From IMG/VR virus record IMGVR_UViG_2886098363_000001, positions 12,318 through 76,317 of that record: a DNA stretch of 64,000 nucleotides; one strand, written 5' to 3'. How positions within the stretch are numbered: the first letter of the stretch is position 1; each line of letters begins with the position of its first letter. Below the pieces are notes generated by a model. That model was not told the origin of the DNA, did not search any database, and saw nothing but the letters and a program-made list of their open reading frames with translations. Origin of the DNA: a virus (taxonomy: Duplodnaviria > Caudoviricetes). The position numbers and the translations under genes were made by a program. This document shows positions 43,070-55,200 of this stretch, one piece after another.

Positions 43070-46059
43070 TGGCAAAACCGGCATATCGAGCAGGGCGGGA
43101 TCAGGCCGCAACTTTTGAAAACGTTGAGCTGCTAACTGGGCAACGTGGCGACAAGCTGGATAAGGCCGTCACCTTTCGCGAGCTGAATGCTCTAGGGTTG
43201 GCCACGTTGCGCCCTGGTGCTGGCGGTATCTATGTGCCGGGTAAGAACCCGGATCTCTTTCCTGTTGGCATCTACGACAAGCCACATGCACCGGTAAACG
43301 TGCAGGCCAGCGGTGCGTTTCATACCGTGCTGGTTGATTGGGACGGGCCTACTTACCGTGGGCATTCCCACGCCGAGGTGTGGCGGGCGGAGACGGACAG
43401 TCTACCCGCCGCGATGTTGGTCGGCACTACTATCGCCAATATGTTCTCTGACGCCATCGGCAAAGGGGCCAAGTTTTACTACTGGGTCAGGTTCGTCAAT
43501 GGCAAAGACGACAGCGGCCCGTTCCAGGGTGAGCATGGCGTTGTGGCTGAAACCAGCCGGGATGTGCAGGATATTCTTGACGAATTGCAGGGGAAGATTG
43601 AAAGCAGCCACCTTGCGCAGGAACTGCTCAAGCCCATTCTCGATGTGCCGCAACTGTCAGTCATTGTCAACGAAACCAAGGCTAATCTTGCTGCGCTGGA
43701 TGCCAGAGAGAAGCAGATAAATGATCTCCTAAACCATGCTCAGGGTCAGCTGGGTGACAACTACATCAATGTCACGCTGATTCAGGAGCAACTGCGCCAG
43801 CTGATCAACGGCTACCAGACCGATTTTGAGGACTTCCGTAATGCGGTGTTCTCGGTTAATCCGAGCACCGGCGAGATCACCATGGAGGCGGTCAACGCCG
43901 TCAGATCAGAGCTCGGCGCGCAAATCACCCAAGTCAGCCAGCACCTTGATGCTGTCGAGGCCATCGTCAAGACCTGTGTTACCAGAGCTGAGATTAGTGG
44001 AGATCTGGAGAAGATCACCTCCATTGAGCAGCAGATAGACGGCATTAATGGAAAGCTGACCCAGACAGCTACAAAGTCTGAGGTTACCGCTGTCGGGTCA
44101 CAGGTGACGCAAGTTGGGCAGGAACTGGATGTTGTAAAGGGGGCCTTGACGCAGAAGGCGGCTAAAACGGAAATGGACGCACAAGGCCAGCGCCTTACCA
44201 TTGCCGAGCAGCAGATCAGTGCTAACACTACCGCAAACTCTGCTACCGCCGAGCGCATCGAGCAACTCAAGAGTGAGCTGCAACTGGCAGACCAGACCAT
44301 CAAGAGCTCCATCACAGAGCTGGCTCAGAGCGTAGCCACCGACACGCAAGCACTGGCGCAGAAGATGAGCGCCATGGAAGTGGCCATGAATGGCAATGCA
44401 GCTGCCATCAGTGAGTTGAAGCAGGCCGTATCAGGCGATGGACAATCGCTCGCCAGCAAATTTGAAAACATCAGTGCTAGTGTGGATCTGACCGGTGATG
44501 CCGCTATCGGCGCCACGCTGGCAGGCGCCGAAGAGAGTGACCGCCAGCGCAAGGCGACCGGCAAGATCCGGCGTGAGCAGAAGGTGATTAGCGACCAGCA
44601 GCAGGCAATGGCTACCACCCTTGAGCAGCTTGATGCAGAGTTTCAGGCTGAGTCAGCTGATTTGCGCGGCCAAATCATCAACGAACAGACCGTGCGCGCC
44701 ACGGAAACAGGCGCATTGGCTCAGCGGGTCGGCACGGTTGAAGCAGAGTTCAAGGCAGCCGACAAAACATTTAGTGCCAATATCTCCGAGGTGGCAAAGA
44801 CCAGCGCTGATGCAGATGCATCGCTGGCCACCCAGATCCAGCAGATTACTGCCGACTATCAAGGGGAAGATGAGCGTCTGACCGCTCAGATTACAGAGGA
44901 GTCCACTGCTCGGGCCAACGCAGTACAGTCGCTGGCCAGCCAGATAAACACGGTTTCCGCCGTCGCCGGCAGTAAGAACAAGACATTCTTCCAAGCCACT
45001 GCCCCAGGGTCAGCGATGGGCACCGGTGATCTGTGGTTTGACACAGCCAACAACAACAGGCCGTACCGTTACAGTGGTACTGCTTGGGTTGCCACTGACG
45101 ACCCGAGGATTGCAGCCAATGCCGCCGCCGTTCAACTCCAGAGCCAAGCTATTGCCGACTTGCAAAATGGTGCCCAGGCCATGTGGACGGCGAAAGCCAG
45201 CGCGGGCCAGATCACTGCCGGGATAGGGTTGATTGCAAACTCTGACGGCACGAGTCAGGTGGCTATCTCTGCCTCTCAGGTGTTCGTATTCAACCCGAAT
45301 AGCTCAACGCCCATGGCGCCGCTGTTTGCCATCGACAACGGGCAGGCCGTGATTGCCGAGGCCATCATCCGAAAGGCCACCATCCAGATCATCCAGTCAG
45401 AGAAGATCACCGCCGACTACATCAAAGCTGGGGTCAGCATGTCGGCGCCTGCGATCTCGGGCGGTTCCATCGATATGGGCAATGCCTTCCTGTCTGGCGG
45501 GGCAGCAGGGTTCGGTAAAGGCGGGCCTTATGCCAGTTGGGGATTCGGCTGGTACACGATGATCTATGCGGACGGCAGCATCTATACCAATCGACTTCGT
45601 GCAGAAGGCGGTTATGTGAAGAACATGACTATGAACAACTGCACGATTGCTGCCGATTGCGTGGTCCTGGGGACGTTGGAAGCGGATCGGATTGTGGGTG
45701 ATATCACAAGGATGATCAGGGCGTCAGGTAACTTCTCTTTGACAGGTTACAAGCGAGCCAGAAACATGGTCTGCATCAAACCACTCACAGGTCTAGCAGA
45801 GGTTTCCGGAGCCGGCACGATAGGGCTCATATTGTTGTGCAAGCTCAACGGCACTGAAGTAGCCAGGGCTACGTCCACAGCCTCGTTCCCTGTGGGTACG
45901 AATAGAGCGCCAATGAGTGTGACCTTCCAAGATGCTTTCGTGATCCCCGCTGGGACTGAGACCGTCAACATCACCTTCGAAGTGGTGGCCTATCCTGGGT
46001 CATCTATCCAGAACCAGCGCCTTATCGGGGAGAGCCTATGGCTGATGGGTCTATGGTGA
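43069..46059 (+). CDS. Host-specificity tail protein (J-like, DUF1983-like C-terminal region)
   Basis: Fn3-like YYWVRFVN, long coiled coil, and AGIGLIANSDG...FAIDNGQAVI. Confidence 0.8.
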   Translation: MAKPAYRAGRDQAATFENVELLTGQRGDKLDKAVTFRELNALGLATLRPGAGGIYVPGKNPDLFPVGIYDKPHAPVNVQASGAFHTVLVDWDGPTYRGHSHAEVWRAETDSLPAAMLVGTTIANMFSDAIGKGAKFYYWVRFVNGKDDSGPFQGEHGVVAETSRDVQDILDELQGKIESSHLAQELLKPILDVPQLSVIVNETKANLAALDAREKQINDLLNHAQGQLGDNYINVTLIQEQLRQLINGYQTDFEDFRNAVFSVNPSTGEITMEAVNAVRSELGAQITQVSQHLDAVEAIVKTCVTRAEISGDLEKITSIEQQIDGINGKLTQTATKSEVTAVGSQVTQVGQELDVVKGALTQKAAKTEMDAQGQRLTIAEQQISANTTANSATAERIEQLKSELQLADQTIKSSITELAQSVATDTQALAQKMSAMEVAMNGNAAAISELKQAVSGDGQSLASKFENISASVDLTGDAAIGATLAGAEESDRQRKATGKIRREQKVISDQQQAMATTLEQLDAEFQAESADLRGQIINEQTVRATETGALAQRVGTVEAEFKAADKTFSANISEVAKTSADADASLATQIQQITADYQGEDERLTAQITEESTARANAVQSLASQINTVSAVAGSKNKTFFQATAPGSAMGTGDLWFDTANNNRPYRYSGTAWVATDDPRIAANAAAVQLQSQAIADLQNGAQAMWTAKASAGQITAGIGLIANSDGTSQVAISASQVFVFNPNSSTPMAPLFAIDNGQAVIAEAIIRKATIQIIQSEKITADYIKAGVSMSAPAISGGSIDMGNAFLSGGAAGFGKGGPYASWGFGWYTMIYADGSIYTNRLRAEGGYVKNMTMNNCTIAADCVVLGTLEADRIVGDITRMIRASGNFSLTGYKRARNMVCIKPLTGLAEVSGAGTIGLILLCKLNGTEVARATSTASFPVGTNRAPMSVTFQDAFVIPAGTETVNITFEVVAYPGSSIQNQRLIGESLWLMGLW

Positions 46060-46415
46060 GGGCTGCTTTGAACCGCATAGTCAGGGATACCGGGAATCCT
46101 AATCTCCCTCTCAAACTGCAAGACGCCATCCGAAACCGGATGGCGTTTTTGTTTGTGCGCGGTGCTGACGGGTTTGTGCTCAAGCCGCTGGCCGAAGATG
46201 GCGTGATCGGCGTCCTGGTCTGGGTGGGGTGGGGGGATGGCGGGGCGCCTGAGCGGCACCTGCCGGAAGTGAAGCGCATGGCACGCCTGATTGGGGCACG
46301 CTGGCTGCGCTTCCACTCGGCGCGTAAGGGGTGGCTCAAGGTTGCGCCAAGAATGGGATGGGTCCGTCAGCCGGATGATGCTGATGGGCTCTATGTGTTT
46401 CAGATCAACCTATGA
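46053..46415 (+). CDS. GNAT-fold-like small virion-region protein
   Basis: ARLIGARWLRFHSARKGW motif. Confidence 0.6.
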   Translation: MVRAALNRIVRDTGNPNLPLKLQDAIRNRMAFLFVRGADGFVLKPLAEDGVIGVLVWVGWGDGGAPERHLPEVKRMARLIGARWLRFHSARKGWLKVAPRMGWVRQPDDADGLYVFQINL

Positions 46416-46422
46416 GGTGTAG

Positions 46423-47058
46423 GTGATGGGGAAGGGTGGCTCGAACGAAATTCAGGAGACCGAGGCTCAGAAGGCTGCGGCCAGTGTGGCCATGGAGCAG
46501 TGGGATCTCTACAAGAACGACCTGCAGAAATACGAGGACATCTTCATCGAGAAGGTGGATGACCTCAACAGCGAGGGGGAGTTCGACAAACTGGCGGGCA
46601 CCGCAGCGCTTGGCACCGCGAAAACTTTTGGCGAGGCCCGAGCTGGCTTGGCTGATTCCATGGCTGCCAGCGGGGCAGACCCGACCAGTGGCCGGTACCA
46701 GGAGGCAATGGAAGGCCTGGCAACTGACCAGGCATTGAGCCAGACGGACACCGCCAACCGGGCCCAATCCAGCCAGCAGGACAAGCATGTTGCTGGGCTC
46801 AAGGATGTGGTGAGCATTGGCGCGGGGCAGAAGGCTGAATCTATGGCTGGTATGGGGGATGTGGCCACAACCAGCTTGCGCAAGGCAACCAGTGACGCAC
46901 AGAGCTCTTATCAAAGCCAGCAGGCGACGACTGGTTTGGTGGGGACCCTGGCAGGAGCTGCCACCTCGTATGGGCTGGCCAGCCTGAAAGCGCCGGCTGC
47001 AACGGAGATCAAGAAAATCAGCCCGACAGCATCCGTGCTGCAGGGCAAGGGTTACTAA
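46423..47058 (+). CDS. Putative ejection (internal virion) protein
   Basis: MGKGGS start, Ala/Gln/Gly-rich. Confidence 0.65.
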   Translation: MMGKGGSNEIQETEAQKAAASVAMEQWDLYKNDLQKYEDIFIEKVDDLNSEGEFDKLAGTAALGTAKTFGEARAGLADSMAASGADPTSGRYQEAMEGLATDQALSQTDTANRAQSSQQDKHVAGLKDVVSIGAGQKAESMAGMGDVATTSLRKATSDAQSSYQSQQATTGLVGTLAGAATSYGLASLKAPAATEIKKISPTASVLQGKGY

Positions 47059-47067
47059 GGGGGTTCC

Positions 47068-47448
47068 ATGGGTTACGCCGCAGACACTTACGCCAAAATC
47101 ACCCGAGAGCAGTACCAGGACTGGAAGACGCGCTTCTACCCCAAGCAGCAGGAACTGATGGAACTGGCCACCAACGGCCAGTTGCTGCGGGAGCAACTGG
47201 GGCGGGTGGATGAGAACAACGCCAACGCGCTCCGCTCAGCTCAGCAGGCTACGGCCAACCGCAATGCGCGGATGGGGCTGGGCACCAGCAGCAATGCCAA
47301 TGATAACAGCCAGGGGCTGCGCATGGCGCTGATGACGGCAGGCACCGAGAACGGCCTGCGTGAACAGGAGCAGACCCGGCAAATGGGGATCCTGACCGGC
47401 GCGGATGCGGGGCTGCGTGAGGCAATTAAAACCGGAGGGGGTGTGTGA
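47068..47448 (+). CDS. Putative ejection protein
   Basis: 126 aa, Ala/Gln-rich, in the ejection cluster. Confidence 0.6.
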   Translation: MGYAADTYAKITREQYQDWKTRFYPKQQELMELATNGQLLREQLGRVDENNANALRSAQQATANRNARMGLGTSSNANDNSQGLRMALMTAGTENGLREQEQTRQMGILTGADAGLREAIKTGGGV

Positions 47449-47705
47449 TGGGGTACGGCATTTTGGATATCGGCGGTCAGACTCGCCAGCAAGGTCTGGC
47501 AGGCCTGCGCGATGCGGCCAACAGAGAGTCGGAGATGGAGGCTGCCAACAAGAGTCTCAAGACCGCTCGCAAGGGGCAAACCCTGAGCACCATCGGCACT
47601 GGCGCATCGATGGGCGCCATGTTGGGCATGGCGGGTTCACTCGGTGGCCCTCTGGGCGCACTGGCAGGTGCTGGGGTTGGTTTTCTGGCAGACAGCTTGT
47701 TTTAA
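47445..47705 (+). CDS. Glycine-zipper protein (putative ejection or membrane-penetrating)
   Basis: C-terminal GTGASMGAMLGMAGSLGGPLGALAGAGVG. Confidence 0.7.
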   Translation: MMGYGILDIGGQTRQQGLAGLRDAANRESEMEAANKSLKTARKGQTLSTIGTGASMGAMLGMAGSLGGPLGALAGAGVGFLADSLF

Positions 47706-47711
47706 GGAGGC

Positions 47712-49115
47712 ATGATGAGCGTATCGGGATTGGCGGAAGGTTTTCTGGCTGGCTTCAACACCATGGACCGTTATCAACGTGGCCAGAAAGAAGATGAGCG
47801 GATGGATAAGGCCATGGGCCTGCGAGATGCCATGTGGCAGAACGAGCAGGAGCGGCAGAAAGTGGCAGATGAGCGCTACCAGAGCGAGCTGGCGTACCGC
47901 GAGGGGCGCGATAAGCTGGCGGATGCCAAGTATGACAGGCAGTTCGCCCTCACCGAGCGGCAGATGAAGGCGTCAGAGGCGCGAGCCGGTGCTGCTGAAC
48001 GGCGAGCGGCGGCACAGGAAGCTCGGCAGCAGCAGGAGTATGAGTGGCAAAAGACACTGCGGGACAAGCAGCTTTTCCAGCAGGAGAACCTGCCAATTTA
48101 CCAATCTGGCTGGCAACTATTGCGAGAGGGTAAAGACCCTGGAGAGCAATTTTGGGCGGCAGCTAAGGACGAGCGAGCAGGTCTATTTAACCCTCATCGC
48201 TGGGTGGAGCCGGGTGCACTTGACAAATCTACCTACGTAGTCAAACACACCGGCAATCTTATGAATTTGCTCAAAGATGGCAAATTGGACCCCAGCACGC
48301 CGGAAGGGAATGCACTGATTAATGACGCTAAATACCTTGAGGGAATGGACTATTTGTATCGGGATGAGGTGCGTAAAGGTGTGGGAGATATAGATCCCGC
48401 CAGCGGCAAGACCATCACCGATAAGAAACTGGCGAATATGATGATCACCCCTGATGGAAGAGGCTTGGTGTTGGGGGTGGAGGTCACCTATAACGATGGC
48501 AGCAAGGATGTGCGCCCAGTAACGAATAACCGAACTTCTGCGCCGGATGACCACCCCAAGGTGATACCCATCAATGACTTCCTGAAGCCTGCCTTCCAGC
48601 GAGCAGCTTTAGTAAAGGAGATTTCCTCCAAAGCAGGCGACATAAGTAGATGGATAGGCCTGGCGGCCGGGCCTGATCAGGGTGGCTACAAGAAGGCGGT
48701 CACCGAGCTGGAGAAGCAGCACGGCCAGAACAGGGCGCGCATCTCTGCCAGCAACGCAGAGGATAAAGACTTGCAACTGGATGCGCTGGACGCCCAGCTG
48801 GAGCAGAGCAAGGCGGCGTTGGCCGACACCTTCGGCATGACTTCCAAAGCTGAGGAGAAGGAGGCGGGTACCCCTATCAAAGAGTGGACTGGCGGCGATC
48901 CCGAGCGCCTGCAGTTCGTGAAGGAGGCCAACCAACATGGCAAACTGAGCAGTCTGCTGGATTCCCCGGCCAAGATGAACATGGCCTTTGAGCTTTGGCG
49001 CCAGCAGGCGGCCAAACAGCGGCAGACTGAGCAGGCTACCGTCACGGCCAATCGACTCCGTGACACGGAGACCAACGCCTATCAGGCAATGAGCCTGGCC
49101 CAGGCTCGCCGATAG
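47712..49115 (+). CDS. Putative DNA ejection protein
   Basis: 467 aa, GLAEGFLAGF start and charged coiled coil. Confidence 0.7.
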   Translation: MMSVSGLAEGFLAGFNTMDRYQRGQKEDERMDKAMGLRDAMWQNEQERQKVADERYQSELAYREGRDKLADAKYDRQFALTERQMKASEARAGAAERRAAAQEARQQQEYEWQKTLRDKQLFQQENLPIYQSGWQLLREGKDPGEQFWAAAKDERAGLFNPHRWVEPGALDKSTYVVKHTGNLMNLLKDGKLDPSTPEGNALINDAKYLEGMDYLYRDEVRKGVGDIDPASGKTITDKKLANMMITPDGRGLVLGVEVTYNDGSKDVRPVTNNRTSAPDDHPKVIPINDFLKPAFQRAALVKEISSKAGDISRWIGLAAGPDQGGYKKAVTELEKQHGQNRARISASNAEDKDLQLDALDAQLEQSKAALADTFGMTSKAEEKEAGTPIKEWTGGDPERLQFVKEANQHGKLSSLLDSPAKMNMAFELWRQQAAKQRQTEQATVTANRLRDTETNAYQAMSLAQARR

Positions 49116-49222
49116 TTGCCTTTCACCTACCCCAGCGTTAGCATCTCTCCATCGTCGATCAGTCTGCATGCTGATCGCCCCATCTCAAAAGCCCCGAACG
49201 GTTCGCCGCTCGGGGCTTTTCT
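49116..49222 (+). promoter_or_regulatory. Late promoter 4 with hairpin and terminator
   Basis: TTGCCT-17(...CAGCGT)-TAGCAT, CATCGT, a CGATCAG hairpin, and an AAAAGCCCCGA...TCGGGGCTTTT terminator. Confidence 0.7.
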
Positions 49223-49245
49223 TTTGCTCGAAATCCGAGGACACC

Positions 49246-52200
49246 ATGGACAAACCTGGACTGCGTGACGCCCTGCCACAACCGCGACAATCTGACACTC
49301 GTAATGACCCCTTCTGGAGCTCGCTCGATAGCAGCCTGTCTGCCGCAGCGGCTGCAACACCCCAACCATCCGAGCCTGTAGCCAAACGTGATCTTGATGT
49401 CGGCCTGGGCGATGTCGCCCGCGGGGTGGGCGCTGGCGCACTTGATCTGGTGGGCGGCATTGGTGAGCTGGCACGGCAGGCAAGCAACTTCGGCAAAGAG
49501 AATGCCGGGAAGCAGGGGGGCGACTACCTGGAACAGGCTCGTGCCAATATGGCCAACAAACTGAGCCCGGTTCTGGATGTGGTCGCAGGTGCAGGCGATC
49601 TGGCCGCGTCTGGGGCGGAATCACTGAATGATGGGATGAGTGCTGACGCCAAGGAGGCACTGGGACGCCGACTGGTCGATGAAACGCCAGAAGGCCGGTT
49701 GACCCTGGGGGATGGCGCAGGGGATATCGATGTCTGGGCGATGAAAATGGCGCAGGGCGTTGGCTCTTTGCTACCGACACTCGCCGCTGGCGGGGTGACT
49801 GGGGTGGCCGCCAAAGCCTCTATCGGCCGCGCTGTCACTGCATCCATGGTCAAGCGTGGCGCGACCCAGGAGGTAGCCGAAGCGGTCGCCGCCAAGGCAG
49901 TATCCAAAATTGCCACCGGCGCCGCTGTGACCACTGGGGCGACAGGATCGGTGGGCAGTGCCGGGGTGAACACTCGAGACACCGTGCTGGGCATGAGCTT
50001 TGACGAGCTGGCGGCCAGCGATACCTTCCGCCAAGCGTTCACTCGCATCGACCAGGATCAGCAGACCGCCTATCTCTCTGATGAGGAAAAGCTGGGGCTG
50101 GCCCGGGAGGAAACGGCCAACTTGGCCAGCCGCGCCACCATGAGTGATGCCAAGGTGTGGGGAGCTGCCGCCATGGGCTCCATGATGGGCGACGCCATGC
50201 TGTTCAAGATGCTGGCTGGCAAGGCGGCCACCGGTGGAGTGCTGAAAGGTGCTGCCAAGGGGGCGGCAGGTGAGGGTATCAGCGAAACCCTGGAGGAGGG
50301 GGTGCAGCAATACGCCGTCAACGAATCCCTCAACGAGGTGGCCGCCGCTGATATCGACCCGATGAAGGGGGTCATGTCGAGCGCGATCGAGGGCGGCTTG
50401 ATAGGGATGGGGACAGGTGGTGCGGTAGGTGCTGTCGGTGGGGCGCGAGGCGGTAAGCATGCCAGCCAGGAAGATGGCGTTGGGACCGATCCGGTTGCAG
50501 AGCCTTCCGCGCCGGTGACGGAGGGCGCTGCTGGTCCGGCAGTGGATCCGAACTTTGCTTCTGTTCCACTGGAAGAAGGCGAGCAGGCGCCATCCGCCTC
50601 GCAGGCCGAGGGGGAGCTGAATCCGCTCGGCCCCAGCGCAAGCCAGTTTGACGAGCTGCGTGATGTGCCGGCCTATCTGCGTCAAGACGATACCGCCGAT
50701 CGCTACAAGGGGATGGCGGCTGATAGCGAGGTGCAGCGCGCCTTGGCGGGTGAGTTCGGCCAGACCGTGCAGGAGCTGGTTGCCTCCCAGATGAAGGCTG
50801 GCGATCAGGGCAAGAGCCTTTATGAGCGAGCTCAGGCTGGTGAGCTTGGGCTTGACCCGTTCGCGGGTAACAAGAGCGCCCAGCAGGTAGCCATGGAGAA
50901 CCAGCGCCTAGCCCTGCCGCTCAAGGATGTGATCTTTGCAGGTGACGCCAATGCCAAGCCCAAGGGAGAGGCGTTGGCTGCACCAGGGGATCACGATGAT
51001 CATCAGGCCGGTCCCGGCCCGCAGTTTCGTGGCACAGAGCGCACCCGGTGGCAGAGCGGGCAGGAAGGCGACCTGCTTCCGCCAGAGCGTGATCCGCGGT
51101 ATTACGCTGCCGAGGCGCTGCCCGGAGCCACTATCGAGGGTGAAGGGCGCGAAGTCGGCACCGAGTTGCCACACCGTAATGTGGTGTACGGCACAGATGG
51201 CCGCCCGGCACAGCAGCAAGCTGCCAATCTGGCACAGCGCGAGCGTGAGTTAGCCAACCAGCCGCCCCAGATCGGCCAATCAGACACCATCTTTGCCGGT
51301 GGTGCGTCGGGCAGCGACCCGCGCAACAGCGCCTATACCCCGCCCAAGCTATCCCGCGATCAGGTGGATGGCTCACTCGATACCCAATCAACCCGCGACC
51401 CGCGCAGCGAGGTAGCCCGTTCGATTGAGGGGGCAGGCAAGGACACCGATTCAGTATTCGGCCCGCTCCAGACACTCCGAATCACCCGCAAAGGCAAGCC
51501 GTTCGCAACCGAGAAAGAGGCGGCCATGGCCAGCCGCAAGGGCCAGGAGATGCCGGTGCCGCTCAATGGAGGTGGCTTTGGGGTAGCGGCTATCGGTGAG
51601 GTGCAACAGGCCCAAGCGCAGCAGGGCGGAGTCAAGCAACCGTCAAGCAATTCGGCCCAGCAGGATCGCCAAGACGGAAAGACTGAGATCGCGCAAAATG
51701 GCATGGTGATCGTTCATGGTTCCGGCAATCCAGGCATGAGCGAGCAGGATATTCAGATTGTCCGCGCAAGTGGTCAGAAGCAGGGCAAAAAGGGCCGTGT
51801 CTATGGTGGCTTCTATGGCACCAGCGAGCAGGACGCGCACCAAGCGCAAGCCTACGCCGATATGATGGGCGGCACGCCCACCCTGTACGATGTCAAGATT
51901 AAGCCTGGCACTAAGGTGTTGCACAAGCAGGGGGATATTACCCGCCTTTCTGAAAGCTACATCAACGAGTTGGTGAGTCAGGGATATGGTGTGGTCACCG
52001 GCACCGACCCGCGCGGCCAGACAGAGCATGTAGTTATCGACAAAAGCGCCGTAGCAAGCATGGCCCCGCGCGGCACTCAATCTACCACGTCCCAAGTAGA
52101 CGAAACTAATGTCGCTGACATGCGTCAACCATCTGATCTGCCAGCCAATCGCGTAAGCGCTGAAACAGTTCCGGCACCGTCTGCCACAGCGGGCGAGGCC

Positions 52201-55200
52201 AGCCAATTAGTACCAGCTATCGATACCGGATACCGCGAGGTGATCCCCGGCAACCAACCCCAAGCAGAGGTGAGCAATGAGCCAGTTACCCCGATACCTG
52301 CAATCAGCAGTGAGCGATCAGGTGATCAGCCTGGCGCAGGCGATCCGGTTGCAACAAGTGTTGGACCAACCCCTGCCGAACTCGCGGAACGAGCTGGACC
52401 CGGAGATCCGGCAGATGGCACTTCTCTTGCACCTGTACCTGTTACCCAACCAGGAGAGGAAAATTCACTGACAGCCCCGGCACCTGCCGGGGTTGCTGTA
52501 TCTGAAGAGGCGCAAGCTGAACAGGCTCGCACGACTGCCGGGCCAGCGGCGGCGCCGACACCCTGGTCGGAGATGATTGATAACCCTGATGGCACCATCA
52601 CCCTGAAAGGCGAAGTGCCGATCATCAAGCAGTGGGCTAAGGATAACGGCGTGAAGGCGATCCCGGGTAAGGGTGGCCTGGTAGTAGCCAAGTCGTTCAC
52701 TGCCAAGGTGCGAGGCCTTACTGCTCCGGCCGCCAATGAGCCTTCGGCACTGGTCGAGGCTGCTCGAGGTGGGGTAGTTCCGGAGCCAACCGAGGTAGAT
52801 CTTATTGATCGCGACTTGCTGAAGGAGCATGCCGGACGCTGGAAGTACCGATCTGCTGTTGGGGCTGGCTGGTTTACCTCCAACACCAAAGAGGGCGCTA
52901 TTGACAGGGCGCGGGAGGCCTACCGGAGGGCTTTCGAGAAGGGGGACCCCGTGCCGACTCGCGAGGAGCGCTGGGAACAGTCTGAGCGCGAGTTTGCTGG
53001 GCGCATGGACAACCGCTTTGGCGGGATGACCATAAATGAGTTGGAAAAACGCCACCAGAACCTCGGCGGTACCATTGCGGATTTGCAGTTGGCTGGCCGG
53101 CACGAGATGAATGGCAATGGCGGGCGTCGCACCGGTGCCGCAGTAGCCAATGAGGGGGCTCGTCAGGCAGGCCAAGAGAAGATGGATCTCGAGCGTTATA
53201 TCCAGTTGCGCCGTGATCGAGAAGAGATGGCAGGCAGTGCGCCGGCTCGGATGATAGAGGCGGCTCGCTCCGAGGTTGCGCCGGAACCCACCGAGGCGCA
53301 GAAGGAGGCGGGGAACTACAAGAAGGGCCACCTCACGCTGCAGGGGCTGGATATCGCCCTCGAAAACCCCAAGGGATCCACCCGCTCAGGCACTGACCCG
53401 GATGGCAAGGCGTGGCAGTCAACCATGGCCCATGACTACGGGTACATCAAGCGCACCCAGGGGGCGGACGGCGATCACGTCGATGTGTTCATCGGTGACA
53501 AGCCAGATAGCGAGACGGTCTATGTGGTTGACCAGGTTGACCCCAAAACCGGCAAGTTTGACGAACACAAGGTGATGATGGGCTTTTCCGATGAGCAGGC
53601 CGCCCGGGAAGGCTACCTTGGCAACTACGAGGCGGGCTGGAAAGGACTGGGTGCCATCAAGGCGATGCCGGTGGAATCGTTCAAGCGCTGGGTGAAGGAG
53701 GGGGATACCACTAAGGCAGTCAGTGACTTGCCCGCCAGTGAACCAACCATCAAGCAATGGGTTGACTCCGCCCCAGACGACCTGCTGGGTGGTATGAGCA
53801 GGCTGTTCAAGGGTGACATGAGCTATGGGGAGTTCCGCGACTTCGCCGAGCGGACCATCATCAGCGGTGAGGGCATCAAGGCCATGTTCGGCGGCTGGAC
53901 CGTGCCCAGGCTGAAGGAGTACCTGACCGCCAACAATGCCTATGTGTTCAGTGGCACCAAGAAGGCTGAGCTGGTCGAGCGTGCCACCCGCATCATGCAG
54001 GGCGAGGTGCGCTGGCCGTCTGCCGGTGGAGCCGGCGTGCTGACCACCACCAACAACCCCTTCGCCAAGAGCAATGCCAGCCCGGCCGATGCGCTGCGCG
54101 CCGAGGTGCAGGGCATCACCGAGGCCCGCTATGGCGAGTTCGTTGCTCGCCGCAAGGAGCTGAACGCCGCACACGAGGCTCGCAAGCAGGCCATCGCCAA
54201 GGCTATCGAGAACCCGCAGACCCTGGACGACTATCGCACCCTGGCCCGCATGAAGGGGCGCGAGGGCATGACCGCCGAGCAGGTGGGCGAGTATGAGCGC
54301 CTGCTGACCGAGGCTCAGCTTGATAAGCAGGACGCCGACAAGGCCGCCGAGCAGGCCGCCAAGCTGACCGCCACCCCCAGCGGGGACATCATCAAGACCA
54401 AGCACACCAAGCACGGCTACGACCTGTTTGTGGTGCAGATGGCCAACCGCGTGGAGAAGGACGAATACACCCGGATCAACGCTAAGGCGAAAGAAACGGG
54501 CGGCTGGTACTCCTCCTTCAAGGGATCCGGTGCCGTGCCCGGCTTCCAGTTCAAAGAGGAGGCCCAGGCTACCGACTTCCGGGCATGGTTGACCGGTCAG
54601 GGGCAGGCAGAGAGCAAGCCCAGCGTGACCGCCGAGGCGCCGACTGTGAACATGGAGGAGCCCGCCAGCAGCCCAGACGATAACGTGGCCAAGCAGATCG
54701 CCGGCCTGCGCCAACGCGCCGAGACGATCCGCACCAAGGCCAACGCTGCCCTGGCAGTGGACCGCAAGGCCAACACCCTGCGCCGTGCTGGCATGGCAGC
54801 CCGCGCCACTGCCGCTGCCGAGGAAGAGCTGAAAACCGCCGATCTGCTGGACGCCATTGCTGACGGCGTGACCACGGGCAAGGCCAACATCCTGCGCAAC
54901 CTGACCACCAAGGCCCAGCTTGCCACCCTGCGCAGCCGACTGGCCCGCGCCATGTATGATCTGCCGAACGCCGAGTACGAGCGCCTGAAGGGTGAGGGGC
55001 TGATCCGCATGGGTAGCCAGGGTCGCCACGAGTGGACCGATAAGGCTGGCCCGCTGGTGCGCGTCGAGGGCGCCAAAATGCCAGGTCTGGACTACTGGAC
55101 TCGCCAACTGGACGATCTCGCCAGCGAAATGCAGGCCAGCAGCAACCGCAGCCACAAGGCGGCCGGGGTCAAACTGAAGAATCTGGCCAAGGCGGCTGAA

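Noticed and set aside
39316-46059. Diversity-generating retroelement or invertible cassette for tail fibres
   Set aside because: No reverse transcriptase, template/variable repeat pair or invertase was seen.
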